From positions 262,659-326,658 of the IMG/VR virus record IMGVR_UViG_3300032240_001991: 64,000 nt of DNA; one strand, written 5' to 3'. Position numbers and translations under genes: made by a program. Positions within the stretch are counted from its first letter, which is position 1; the number at the start of each line of letters is the position of its first letter. The notes under the pieces are model-generated. The model was not told the origin of the DNA. It did not search any database and worked only from the letters and a program-made list of their open reading frames with translations. Shown here piece after piece: positions 14,501 through 21,184 of this stretch.

Positions 14501-15747
14501 TGTAAAAGTGTAGGAGTAACACCATTTGCCATTGCTGAAATTTCAATAACATCTTGATGGAACCAACGGTTATATCGAGACCAAGGATTAAGATCTTGGG
14601 ATGATCTATTAATAGTTACATACTCAGGATCAATTGGTAGATTTTTAAAACTGTCAAACGGATACTCGTCAAACGGTTCAACGTCAAAATCGTCATCGTA
14701 TATTGTTGCAAGATTTTCTGGAGTTTGTAATTTAGCAAAATCAACTAATTTAATAGCATTGCCTACGCCCTCTACTATAAATTCTTTATTATTATAATAT
14801 TCAGGTGTTACTTGTCCTGCAAATCTAATTTTTAATCCGTTAATAAACTCAATACCGTTAGGGGTATTAGTAGTTGGTGCAGTTTTATACGTAACTTTTC
14901 CTAATATTTCCTGTTCTACGTCAATTGAAGAATTTTCTTCAATGTCTCTAATTAATATAGTTCCTACAACAACATTTTCATTATTACTTGCGTAATATAA
15001 AATTCCCGGTAATGTTTCCGGAACAGAAAAAATTATCTGTCCTTGCTTAATACCGTTATTAAGTATTCCACTAGACTCAGGTAGTGCATCACTATCGCCT
15101 GGTAGATTTGTTGTCTTAATATAAAAATTATGAGAAGAATTTACATTAAAGACATACGTTACACCTTTATATAAAGTTAATAGCGGGTTTTCAGTTACTC
15201 CGTCAGGTGTAAAAATAAAAAAATTCTTATCTGCTGAATCAGTTACATTATATGTACTAACCGTAGATTTTTGTAACCCAGTTACTGTTATTGTTTCTGG
15301 GCCAGTTGTTAGCCAGTAATACTGACTAAAATTTATAAACTTATCCCAGTCAATGTGAGGATTGTAAGAATTAACTTCTGGAGAAAATAGAGAATTTAAA
15401 TTATCCGTTGACCCGCCTTGTACACTTATTTGATTTACTAGATCATCAAGTCCAAGTGCTTTCTTAATTGCACCTGATACCGTTTTAATTGTTAACGCAG
15501 GCTGAAATTGATATTTGTCTCTGAGAGAATTTTTAGTGCTGTTAGCATCGTTTACGTAAACATCTGTTACTGAATTATAAGTAGGTGTTAACTTGCTACC
15601 AACATATCCGCTAACACGATTAAGCACCGGCACTTTATATAATTGATCAATAGTGCTAGATAAAAATTTAGTATTTTTCTTAGTTTGAAAATATGAAGGT
15701 AATAAATTTACCGACTTTCTTTCATTTTTTGAAACGTTATTAGCCAT
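2557..15747 (-). CDS. Giant (4396 aa) baseplate wedge/tail-associated structural protein
   Basis: Single 13.2-kb ORF directly downstream of the gp6-like gene (gp7-like position). Contains FG-GAP-like repeats, (V/I)xxxGxGY..P beta repeats and V..NG......DY modules. Confidence 0.7.
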   Translation of the reverse strand: MANNVSKNERKSVNLLPSYFQTKKNTKFLSSTIDQLYKVPVLNRVSGYVGSKLTPTYNSVTDVYVNDANSTKNSLRDKYQFQPALTIKTVSGAIKKALGLDDLVNQISVQGGSTDNLNSLFSPEVNSYNPHIDWDKFINFSQYYWLTTGPETITVTGLQKSTVSTYNVTDSADKNFFIFTPDGVTENPLLTLYKGVTYVFNVNSSHNFYIKTTNLPGDSDALPESSGILNNGIKQGQIIFSVPETLPGILYYASNNENVVVGTILIRDIEENSSIDVEQEILGKVTYKTAPTTNTPNGIEFINGLKIRFAGQVTPEYYNNKEFIVEGVGNAIKLVDFAKLQTPENLATIYDDDFDVEPFDEYPFDSFKNLPIDPEYVTINRSSQDLNPWSRYNRWFHQDVIEISAMANGVTPTLLQNLRARRPIVEFEADIQLYNFGNNSLDPVDLIDQVTSDVFSSIEGSTSYTVDGVALEPGQRIIFNADPDPLVRGKIFQVGLSLINGVEKINLAEIIEPIFGNSTVILLGTKGQGKEFWFNGLEWVLSQQRTVLNQAPLFDLFDETGHSYSDKTYYNAIFLGNKLFGYSIGTGIADPVLGFPLNYKNVGIEGSYLFENYFNTSNISLLGTNTVTDVSTSKTFLRINKDTGYSYKNVWEEGMPYQMPVQQFQVVSTGNLIPITVFDNAALITDLTIEVFSNNVKLMLDVDYTLVIDKTNLNVQFVTPFTSVTNVLIKCYTASSPNENGIYEFPLNSSNNPLNEQISQFTLSELSDHVQTMVNRDPNFVGVFPGVSNLKSLPFITKYGTRMITSYNPMSFAQLFITDIEHNLINATRSTANDYYQFKLNLIKFITQSDASLSPSGVLDQALSSIIKNKNYTFPYSQSDMLGYGTNNVTRKYTVTDARNVRYPLISTFDITQLSTRSVLIYLNGSLLVYGVDYSFDLVDPVVVISATLTRGDIITVVDYITTVGSYVPPTPSKLGLYPKYVPMIYKDESYAVNAHMVIQGHDGSITLAYTTVANAAIGNYDFRDLALLEYERRVFNNIKVTYDPDLININDILPGVFRDNKNSYNKIYNIVQGDFIKWTSSYGIDYSSNVDYNVDNHKTYNYKSTQDYFFNSVVPGNWRGIYKFYFDTDRPNTHPWEMLGFSIKPSWWESEYGPAPYTSGNLNLWEDLEAGLIRYGERAGVDPTYVRTGLSKIIPVDDSGQLIDLRFWGSIAENENILNPDQDWSFGDHGPAETAWRRSSIWPYAVQIILALSKPASYAAKMFDPIRLVKNVDGQYRYGKNSLFLNPSIVYLNSDIDSNGNTVLSSGYSVMVIESGKKRSLDYLAALKQDLSLVNFNLFYKAGGFLSKDKLEITIDSVSPNTVSPGVLLPNEDYALHFNVSNPVKFVSISGIIVEKKNGKFLVKGYDKKDLFFTINAPLHRNNDASISVGGKSPPVLTWTENTFYQAGQYVKYENSYYSVATSTNSGSSFDVTAYIKLANLPTIGGATVSITKDFDQNQTIIPYGTQYSTTQEVYDLIVGYGKYLTNQGFIFNEYNSDLEQVLDWNFSGKEFLYWTTQNWSNGSVITLSPFSGKIQYKFTDAVVDNVLNSFYDYSLLTANGTPFPPKNFSLSRENGICKISAEDTPAGLYFARLNLIQKEHAIVMANSSMFGDVVYDTQTGYRQARMKISGFITGDWNGDFLSPGFVYDDVTIEAWQANKDYDISSVVKYSGKYYSANENITGTSNFNFTKWNLLGSSPIAQLLPNFDYKINQFEDFYSLDIDNFDIGQQKMAQHLTGYTPRGYLTNIIVDPIAQYKFYQGFIREKGTANSISKLSKASIHNLNGQIEFDEEWAFRVGSYGNFISYNEIELPLRESDFIENNQIIKFVDVAPKTANDVISYVTPNDVTIKNYDYSSNNVFLTYTSSTYKNNNLLLPTAGYVRSDDITATAYNKQSLFDVANAGNLQDGNTVWLGFKPNGDWDVYRYSKQQIKVIGSDIDIPAVKLTFYTDIFHKLNVGDIVSVYGLDNGTDGIYEIIEIPSLTSFSVNSTLATVSPATTQALLFKFISVRVKSFDDTVALQDQIDFADNELIWTDTGDATYDWSPWTVYKKNHNYSTSTEILSGVNHPGQRYGYNIATQEDADKLIISAPDYFSSSGHGRVFVLGLLNGTHYPITSYTLNMVASGIDVITIPTEFGKGLAYDTEYQVIVAGAPAVDRVQISTIIPATGEEKTLSVLNTSTASRYGSDIFVAKTQFTTGGKALVVSAPTLGVVFPYTLTVNSTTAITVPMPPISLGTSTVNCSLAGNIDGTILAIANPAMSTGTGVVYIYQYSTGTSSYSLLQTITPPTGTIGDQFGTSVSMSDDGGYLFASSPFLINDNYGPGCVYVYEYVSTATSYSLVQTIHNPLKNNNLNFGTELKTTVDAKKVIISLSGIQENSLTFNDGTVFDGLSTRFTDYINNSGTVYTYERKNKYFVYATELFDANSLTILNGELYGGNNYGKSIAVNNGNIFIGAPDTLGIISNNFVTLGAVFQYNVIDASQTCWSIFRQQEDLIDLTKIKRSVTVNTESEQLVDYLDIIDPVKGKISGLADQEIRYKTAFDPATYSVGTQGVVVNTKTSWIEDRVGELWWDLSTVKYVWYEQSDLEYRKNSWGTLFPGASIDVYEWVQTEYLPSQWSALADTTDGLSKGISGQPKYPDNSVMSIKQYYNPSTGQATNVYFYWVKNKVLLPNAKGRKIPASTVASLIFDPASYGSKFVSILAPNAIAVANVKNTLVGNQIYLNISKDTLNNSVTRHTEWLLLGEGNSANMPTEMLDKKLLDSLVGRDSLGNLVPDPSLSNRVKYGIEVRPRQGMFVDRNQALRNVIDYVNGVVAGYLITDQVNFKNLNSKREIPDVYSREYDQIVDSYGDLSSIKTADLVQAKLTCSISSTTGTITTINIVNSGTGYAPLLPVTYTGSTATSWAGPLVTVVNDTSDAEIDLVINQYGRVTAATIKNSGKGYLKAPELKVRPYTVIVKTDENSNNRWAKYEWQGKSWVKVFTQDFDTTQYWDYINWVSQDFDSLKPLAETVEETYQLAEITVNNGDYVKVKNQGNGRYIILQKVSSAGDYTDKYNLMVNENGTIKFKDNLWNITNNWYNFDYHFTYDQTLYDQTPEMELINILKAIKEDIFIGSLKVYWNHLFFKAVRYAMSEQKFVDWAFKTAFINVRNLAGTLDQRPVFKFQNSQYYEQYIEEVKPYHTKIRNYQVNYNLLEPSNSYITDFDSPAYYDRDTDQFLTVNPGDELSGVYPWKSWTDNYKLSVGSIIVEKPGAGYTSVPTVEIIPALGDTGSGATAEARISLGKVTGVVVTNGGSGYLQTPSVIIVGGGSTELVTAKAYPVMINGKVRNNTVEMKFDRISSNQQINTSTVTESFICDGETFRFTLGWAAENKKANINITLGGVRVLATDYNIETYRKTSSGFGYSYKKLFSDLVLTSAPAQGKVIQITYNKNINLYSAVDRIYSYYQPSINMPGVDPAQLMTGVEYPAAQKQGLMFDYSTNWGLTPFGQSLYGDDVYYYTTASVISVAVTGTDTLMLDNLAGIYPGLRINTVSTSTPYNKFVDPIVTVVSVNTASQLVTFSTSTISTVGLGTLIEFWEFNMVPGVLDTILDGGDLAYTLASGLNPEDIIVDGEGFISPNISHAPEEMIKGEIHESLGMSVYARDPQTGAPVVSETFGEITQTTQTTVLRLLTVPPTTASAIVSFNNELLVPGVDYEFDLVNSTIVIGTQTTTGLVGVSVIGVGGYDYVSSGYTALSNTSTISVSVGVNAEYNTIYATLNGQELLPSQYTLGQGLLTVTGVNPAITNVLQSWVFFGTNRPYSAVREQSIFNNDPARVEWDLFYPLNDNWSADSQAIVEVDSRILIPPNTSYHLFTGVDLKFSIDPNNSYPPNSFGLSSLDVYVNGLRMIPLTDYVVNSVENKVKFRVGLLQLNDVIAITNHEFSDYYFNESRNTIVVRPSADFTYTKIMRIITINNITVEDGIKKEPLIELETFQGRGSRRYEVSRPIFNNNYVWVTVNRKPLVKGIDFYVDADRVTIVLRDSYPYNPSDIVTIMSMYDTSVGNTIGYRMFRDMLNRTEFLRLSKDSSTVLAEPLYPTDKIITVADAGKLALPNLALKIPGVIFIGGERIEYRSVNENVLGNLTRATLGTGAKSVYAIGTSVIDQGARQNLYLSHTPFREITTVTSIMTATGATSYTISALSLNTTTGFVTATNQITVLYGGTPLRKTGFYQHDITVSYDTPAYTLNRSTVATQYDLPPTTVIGTAYLVTSTNEIWSYTASKSESSTATNGYSFTGVRWVEPQFTLTNVVTVGQWSTATLVLNLPTLSTSTGVRIEIVQRIASTNFYELNNTPLIDDTGKIAQFLRDKQATLPDKYYYG

Positions 15748-15761
15748 TATATCAAATTTCC

Positions 15762-18700
15762 TTAGGAACTAGTTATCAGTGTTGTTACGTTAAGCTCAGT
15801 TGCTGTTAAACTACTGATAATTTGTATATCGTTAACTGTTGTCCCGCTTACAAAGATCTCATTGCTTTGGCAGGTTATCTGAAATAAGCTACCAAAACTG
15901 CTAGTTGAAGACTTAGGAACTATAACGAAGTTAGTTATATCTGGTGTCATTATGTTCATAACATAAGTGGTTAATTCACCAAAGTTAAATGTTTGACCAA
16001 AGTCCCAATTTTCAATTGCAAAAAAATCATTTATTGCAGATAGTATTCTTGTTTGAAGACTGGTTGTGCTCTCGGTACTTGAAGCACTTTGCACTGCTTT
16101 AAATGTTGCTTGTAAAGATGGCACTGCCTGACTTCCAAACAATACTTTGTATCGAGCAGGATGATAGACTATCTCGTCGCTTACGCTCTTTATAGGTTCA
16201 AGAAGTGCAGAATAATTTGCTTCTAAGCTTTCTGATGTTGGCGGAAGAGGTTCAGTCCCTGATCCTGATAGCAACCAAGTTCTGTACTGCGTATCGTATT
16301 CGCTACTAAGCAAGTAAACATCCATAATATTCATTTTACTAGGATCTAAACGGCGTTCATTTCCTGTATTGTGAAGATAATGGAATTTTATTCCTTTTCG
16401 TCCTGATCTTGCATAAAACGAAGGTTGAAGAACAAAAGAATACGTAGATGCTACCCAGCTTTGAACTACGTTGTCTTCATAAAAATAATACAATCTTCCG
16501 TTAATTCTTTCGTTAGTTGTAACCGATGCTGCATTTGGATATGGATAAATTGATCCAGTAAACAAAGTATAACGAAGACCATCTGTTGAGACAACGAAAT
16601 AGACAAATTTATCTTTAAATCCTGTCTGACCGTTAACACTGTCAGGAGCAACAATATTATCAAACATGTCTGGGTCATCAATTTGACCGCTTTGACTATG
16701 GTCGTAAAAACTTACAAGAACTTTCTTAGGTTCAATATACCCGTCAGGTTCAATTACCGCACTGTCAATTTGCCAAGAATAATCAATGCCTAATGCATTT
16801 GAATTAGTAGGATTTTTGTTTATTGAAAGAACATCAACTTTATCTTTAATTACTGTATCAGTAACAAAATCATAATTTTTCTTAGAAGGATCAACAAAAA
16901 ATGCTGTTTGTGCTTGACTTTCAAATAGATATTCAGTAACTCGATAACGTACTGAGTAGTTTTTTCCTGTCCACTGGAATGCAACTAGCCAGCTTGAATC
17001 TAGATTAGTATTTGATACATCTTTCTGATAAGTTAAACTAAATCCGTTAACAAGATCTAAATTTGTATCGGCTATGATATACCAAGATCTAGTATCATTA
17101 GCAAACGCTAATCCAAAATTTCTCTTTGACAAAGCTAAATTGACTATCTCTGTTTCTAAACTATAAGATAAAATATTATCAAAAGGAGGAATAACCTCAT
17201 AAGGAACAGCACCAGATGGTACAGATCCAGATAAAATTACAGGACCGGTTCCGTCACTAAGATTTCCTAGTCCACTATTTGATCCGTCTCCAATTACATT
17301 AACAACCTTTGCCCATATATATTCTACAGTAGTGTCATCTGCGATTGCGGTTAAGCTTCCAGAAGGTGTAAAATATCCTAGCGGGCTAAAGAATTTAACT
17401 AAAGATCCTGGTTCAATGAAAATTAAATTATTGCTGCCAAAAGATCCTACCATTGCGGGATTATTATTAGCGTCAAGAAAATATCCTCTAGTTTGATTTG
17501 TAGTTAAATTTGATTGATTCCACGATAAGCTATATCCGCTTAGATCAATTCTAGGATAATTCTTTTTATCAAGATAGAAGTTCTTTAATCCAGGAGAATT
17601 TATAATAGGTTCTATCTTAGACTTAACTATTGAAAAAATTTCGTTTCTAGTTGTGAAAGAAAATTGAAAATTATATTCATTATTTTCTTTATAAAGTATT
17701 CCGTCACTAGCAAAGATATCTGTTGAGCTATAAGCTCCGCTTACATCACTTAATTCATAATATTTGCTAATGCCGCTGCTAACTCTATTAATACTTTTAA
17801 CTTTAACAATATCAGGACTTACATTAAGAGGAGCTATGTTATAATCTTCCCCTGTTATCATTCTATTCTGTGTATAATATACCTGCGGCGCTTTTAATTT
17901 AATGTCCGCATTTGATTCACTTCCTGTAGAATTAGAAACTGTATACTTAAGGCTAACAATTATTGTTAGAGAGTGCGATTGACCATATTGGTTAACATAC
18001 GGTATTTGAACAGAAATGTTATTCATCTGTTCAGGTTTAATTGAATAAGTTAGTCCATTGCTTTGACGATAGTATAATTTAAATCCACCTTTAGGTAAAT
18101 TTCCAAAACTTCCATCAGCAAAGGAAAGATCTATTTGATCATTTTGCCTTGTTAGTACTGCATAGAAGTTTCTTTCATCAGCATTGATACTATTATAAAT
18201 TACATTGTTGCCAGTTACTGCAGAAACTTTGGTCCATAGTGTTTGAGGAGTTAGGCCATCTTGACTTAACTGCCATAGCCAAACGTCAGTATTGTTAACA
18301 CCGTTGACATTTACGCCAACTAATTCATTTGGTACTGGACTTGATATATTAAAATTAGAGCTAGACATTGAGCCTTGCTTAAAGTGTACGAAAAATCCTG
18401 TGTTTGAACTGCCACTTCCTTGATTATCATTTTGGAATATAATTCCAAATTGGTTCTTTGGCTTAGGTGCTTCTTCGTAAACATAGCTTTCGCCTGCAAA
18501 TGTAGAGGAAACTAATTCAAAAGCCATTTGCGTACCAGAAATGTTTTTACTAAAGGTGTAAATTGGAATATCGTTATTACTAGAGTTAAGTTTGTAAGAG
18601 TCCGTAACTATCCCATTTATAACAGTAGATGCTACAGGCTTACCAAATTGTGCAGGCTGTGCTATTGCAGCGTTCATTACAGATATAAATTGTTGATACC

Positions 18701-19151
18701 AATTATCGTTAGATGGATCGTTCCACCCAATGATACTGTTTGCAAGATTGATACCGTTAGAATCGATAACACTTTCAGTTGTTGAAACGGATGTAATTTT
18801 TAAAAATCCGCTAGCAGGAATGTTACGCTTAGGATTATAACTTATGAGCTGTGCTAATCTTAATATACTATCTCTATTTTCAGCAGTTTCAAGAAAGTTA
18901 TTTCTAGCATTTAAATCTATACGAAAACTAAGATTTTGACCTAAGAATGCAATTAGGTCTACTAATGCAATAAACTCGCTGCTATCAATATAATCGTTAA
19001 ACTCTTCAGGATAATTCTCTCTAAGATACGTAATCATAGTACGACGCAGAGTATCAAAGTCATAACTCTTAAAGTCTGCGTTCTTAAAACTTTGATAAAT
19101 CTTAGTCCAGTCTTCTGAAACTAACAGCTGATTTGTTGTTGATGGTATCAT
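15762..19151 (-). CDS. gp6: Baseplate wedge subunit, T4 gp6-like
   Basis: N-terminus DFKSYDFDTLRRTMITYLR...FNDYIDSSEFIALVDLIAFLGQNLSFRIDLNARNNFLETA, plus ESNADIKLKAPQVYYTQNRMITGEDY; follows the gp25-like gene. Confidence 0.85.
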   Translation of the reverse strand: MIPSTTNQLLVSEDWTKIYQSFKNADFKSYDFDTLRRTMITYLRENYPEEFNDYIDSSEFIALVDLIAFLGQNLSFRIDLNARNNFLETAENRDSILRLAQLISYNPKRNIPASGFLKITSVSTTESVIDSNGINLANSIIGWNDPSNDNWYQQFISVMNAAIAQPAQFGKPVASTVINGIVTDSYKLNSSNNDIPIYTFSKNISGTQMAFELVSSTFAGESYVYEEAPKPKNQFGIIFQNDNQGSGSSNTGFFVHFKQGSMSSSNFNISSPVPNELVGVNVNGVNNTDVWLWQLSQDGLTPQTLWTKVSAVTGNNVIYNSINADERNFYAVLTRQNDQIDLSFADGSFGNLPKGGFKLYYRQSNGLTYSIKPEQMNNISVQIPYVNQYGQSHSLTIIVSLKYTVSNSTGSESNADIKLKAPQVYYTQNRMITGEDYNIAPLNVSPDIVKVKSINRVSSGISKYYELSDVSGAYSSTDIFASDGILYKENNEYNFQFSFTTRNEIFSIVKSKIEPIINSPGLKNFYLDKKNYPRIDLSGYSLSWNQSNLTTNQTRGYFLDANNNPAMVGSFGSNNLIFIEPGSLVKFFSPLGYFTPSGSLTAIADDTTVEYIWAKVVNVIGDGSNSGLGNLSDGTGPVILSGSVPSGAVPYEVIPPFDNILSYSLETEIVNLALSKRNFGLAFANDTRSWYIIADTNLDLVNGFSLTYQKDVSNTNLDSSWLVAFQWTGKNYSVRYRVTEYLFESQAQTAFFVDPSKKNYDFVTDTVIKDKVDVLSINKNPTNSNALGIDYSWQIDSAVIEPDGYIEPKKVLVSFYDHSQSGQIDDPDMFDNIVAPDSVNGQTGFKDKFVYFVVSTDGLRYTLFTGSIYPYPNAASVTTNERINGRLYYFYEDNVVQSWVASTYSFVLQPSFYARSGRKGIKFHYLHNTGNERRLDPSKMNIMDVYLLSSEYDTQYRTWLLSGSGTEPLPPTSESLEANYSALLEPIKSVSDEIVYHPARYKVLFGSQAVPSLQATFKAVQSASSTESTTSLQTRILSAINDFFAIENWDFGQTFNFGELTTYVMNIMTPDITNFVIVPKSSTSSFGSLFQITCQSNEIFVSGTTVNDIQIISSLTATELNVTTLITSS

Positions 19152-19205
19152 AACTCAAATGTTCTCAATGATACCGTTATTTATTGGTTTTAATATATTG
19201 GTATT

Positions 19206-19646
19206 TTATTGAGGTACCAATCCAATCTCTTTATCAAAAGCCAATCTCATAGCAATAGTTTGATCAGAACCAATAACCTGTAGCGTTAACTCTAAAAGCA
19301 TGCCGTATTCTTGCTCATCAATAAGAATTTGTATAGGTATTACCCTAGGGTCTGACCTGCATATTCTATTAATATCGTCTGCTATAGCCTGTTTTACATC
19401 TTCAGTAAAAGGTTCAAAAATTAAAGACCAAATAATAGTACCATATTTTGGCAGCATTACCCGCTCACCTTGTTTAGTATTGAACTGATTTAGGAAGTCC
19501 TGTTTTACTAACTCAAAATCATAAAGTGAAGTAGACCCTAATGCGCCTACATTAATAGAGCTATATCCTTTGTAAAACTGACTTTCTTGCTTAGTATAGC
19601 TTGTATTATACTGGGCAGGATTTAATTCAATATTTTTATATGGCAT
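19206..19646 (-). CDS. gp25: Baseplate wedge subunit, gp25-like
   Basis: LVKQDFLNQFNTKQGERVMLPKYGTIIWSLIFEP...DPRV is the GPW/gp25 family signature. Confidence 0.85.
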   Translation of the reverse strand: MPYKNIELNPAQYNTSYTKQESQFYKGYSSINVGALGSTSLYDFELVKQDFLNQFNTKQGERVMLPKYGTIIWSLIFEPFTEDVKQAIADDINRICRSDPRVIPIQILIDEQEYGMLLELTLQVIGSDQTIAMRLAFDKEIGLVPQ

Positions 19647-19653
19647 AAAGTAT

Positions 19654-21183
19654 TTATTTGCTGGCTGGATTAGCTGTAGGCTGCGTTATATCGGTTGCTG
19701 CAGGAGCAAATTTTTGAGGGTCAATATTTTCATGCTGATCCCACGGTTCATGTGTTGGCACTCGTTGAAGAATAGTACTAATTCCGTCAGACTTATAAAA
19801 TTTACCATTAGTCCAACCAGCATCAACTGTTCTATTTGGTACAGTAAACAAGATTAACGGATCTGGCTGAGTCGCTATTTCTGCTGCTGTAGCTGCTTCT
19901 GCAGAAGGCCCATTAAAATGTATTTTTGCTGCCGTTGCAATTAAACTGCCAACGGAGCCTAAATGTGTAGAACCACCTGTGCTTATTCTTACATGACTTT
20001 CGCCCGAGAGATCCATACCCGCACCTGCAGTTTCTGAGATCCCTTTAGTAACAGATAGATTGTAATCTTCGCCTACTGCTAATTTTAATGTTTTTCCTAC
20101 AGTTTCATCCTTAGTATTAGTAACTAATATTTTAGCAGAATCTCCTACAATTAAATTATAATTTCCTGTAATGTTTGTTTCCATCTTTCCGCTAGCACGA
20201 AAATTAATATTTCTTCCTGCTTCAATATTAACATCTCTATCTGCCCTAAAATTAAAATCTGTTTCTGTGTGAATGCTTACGCTATCATGTGCAAAAATAT
20301 CTATCTTGCCATTTGATGTTAATTCTATCCATGCAGTTCCTTGGCTATTAGCGATATAAATTAAATCACTACTATTATGTAATAATATCTGGTGTCCGGT
20401 TCGTGTTCTAATACGAACTAATTCATTTTGTCCAGATTCGTCACCATCGTCCATTACAAATTGAGAACCGCCTAATCTACTAACAGGAGTAATAACTTTA
20501 TTTTTATATCCAATTGCGGCTTTTTTTCCGTTAGGATTAATAGGCCCAGGAGTGCTAATGCCAAAGACTTTGCTTGGTACTTCTCTTCTTGCAGAACTTG
20601 ACGTTACTCCTCGGATATTATCAAGTAATAGGCCCTGGGCCAACAATCTATCAGCAAAAGGATGAACAGGTTTTTTTTGAGAATTAGGACTTAATAAATC
20701 TTTTGCATTTCTTTTAAGAAATTCTGCTACAGGAAGATTTTTAGTACCATATTTTAATTCTTCTTCAGGCGTCAAATGAGAATTCTGACTAGCTGCTAGC
20801 CCGGGAATCATGTGATTTTGGAACTGATCTGGAAGACAACCTATCCAATAACCTAGAGGATGTCCTTCAATGAACATTACTAAAACTTTAGTTCCTACGT
20901 CAGGAGGTACCATCCAGAACCCATAGCTCTTTTGTACATCATTAAACTTTGTAGGATCAGTTCCTTCAAAATCTACGTTTGTAACTCCATAAAAAGGACT
21001 TACGTATTGAACAGGGAAAACTTCGTTTTCTAAGTTTGCATTATTAGTAAAGCCTCTTTCAATTGCAACTTCAACAGCTCCCATATACGTAGGATCTTTT
21101 AAATTTGTAATTCTGCCAATATAGGTACCGGGTTTTGGTGTCCCTCCTCTAAATTGACTTCTAGTTCGTTGTTGTATTGGCAT
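19654..21183 (-). CDS. gp5: Baseplate central spike, gp5/VgrG-like, no lysozyme domain
   Basis: OB-fold N-terminus (YIGRITNLKDPTYMGAVEV...GFWMVPPDVGTKVLVMF), beta-helix region (RIRTRTGHQILLHN...WIELTSNGKIDIF) and C-terminal VPTHEPW. Confidence 0.75.
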   Translation of the reverse strand: MPIQQRTRSQFRGGTPKPGTYIGRITNLKDPTYMGAVEVAIERGFTNNANLENEVFPVQYVSPFYGVTNVDFEGTDPTKFNDVQKSYGFWMVPPDVGTKVLVMFIEGHPLGYWIGCLPDQFQNHMIPGLAASQNSHLTPEEELKYGTKNLPVAEFLKRNAKDLLSPNSQKKPVHPFADRLLAQGLLLDNIRGVTSSSARREVPSKVFGISTPGPINPNGKKAAIGYKNKVITPVSRLGGSQFVMDDGDESGQNELVRIRTRTGHQILLHNSSDLIYIANSQGTAWIELTSNGKIDIFAHDSVSIHTETDFNFRADRDVNIEAGRNINFRASGKMETNITGNYNLIVGDSAKILVTNTKDETVGKTLKLAVGEDYNLSVTKGISETAGAGMDLSGESHVRISTGGSTHLGSVGSLIATAAKIHFNGPSAEAATAAEIATQPDPLILFTVPNRTVDAGWTNGKFYKSDGISTILQRVPTHEPWDQHENIDPQKFAPAATDITQPTANPASK

Positions 21184-21184
21184 A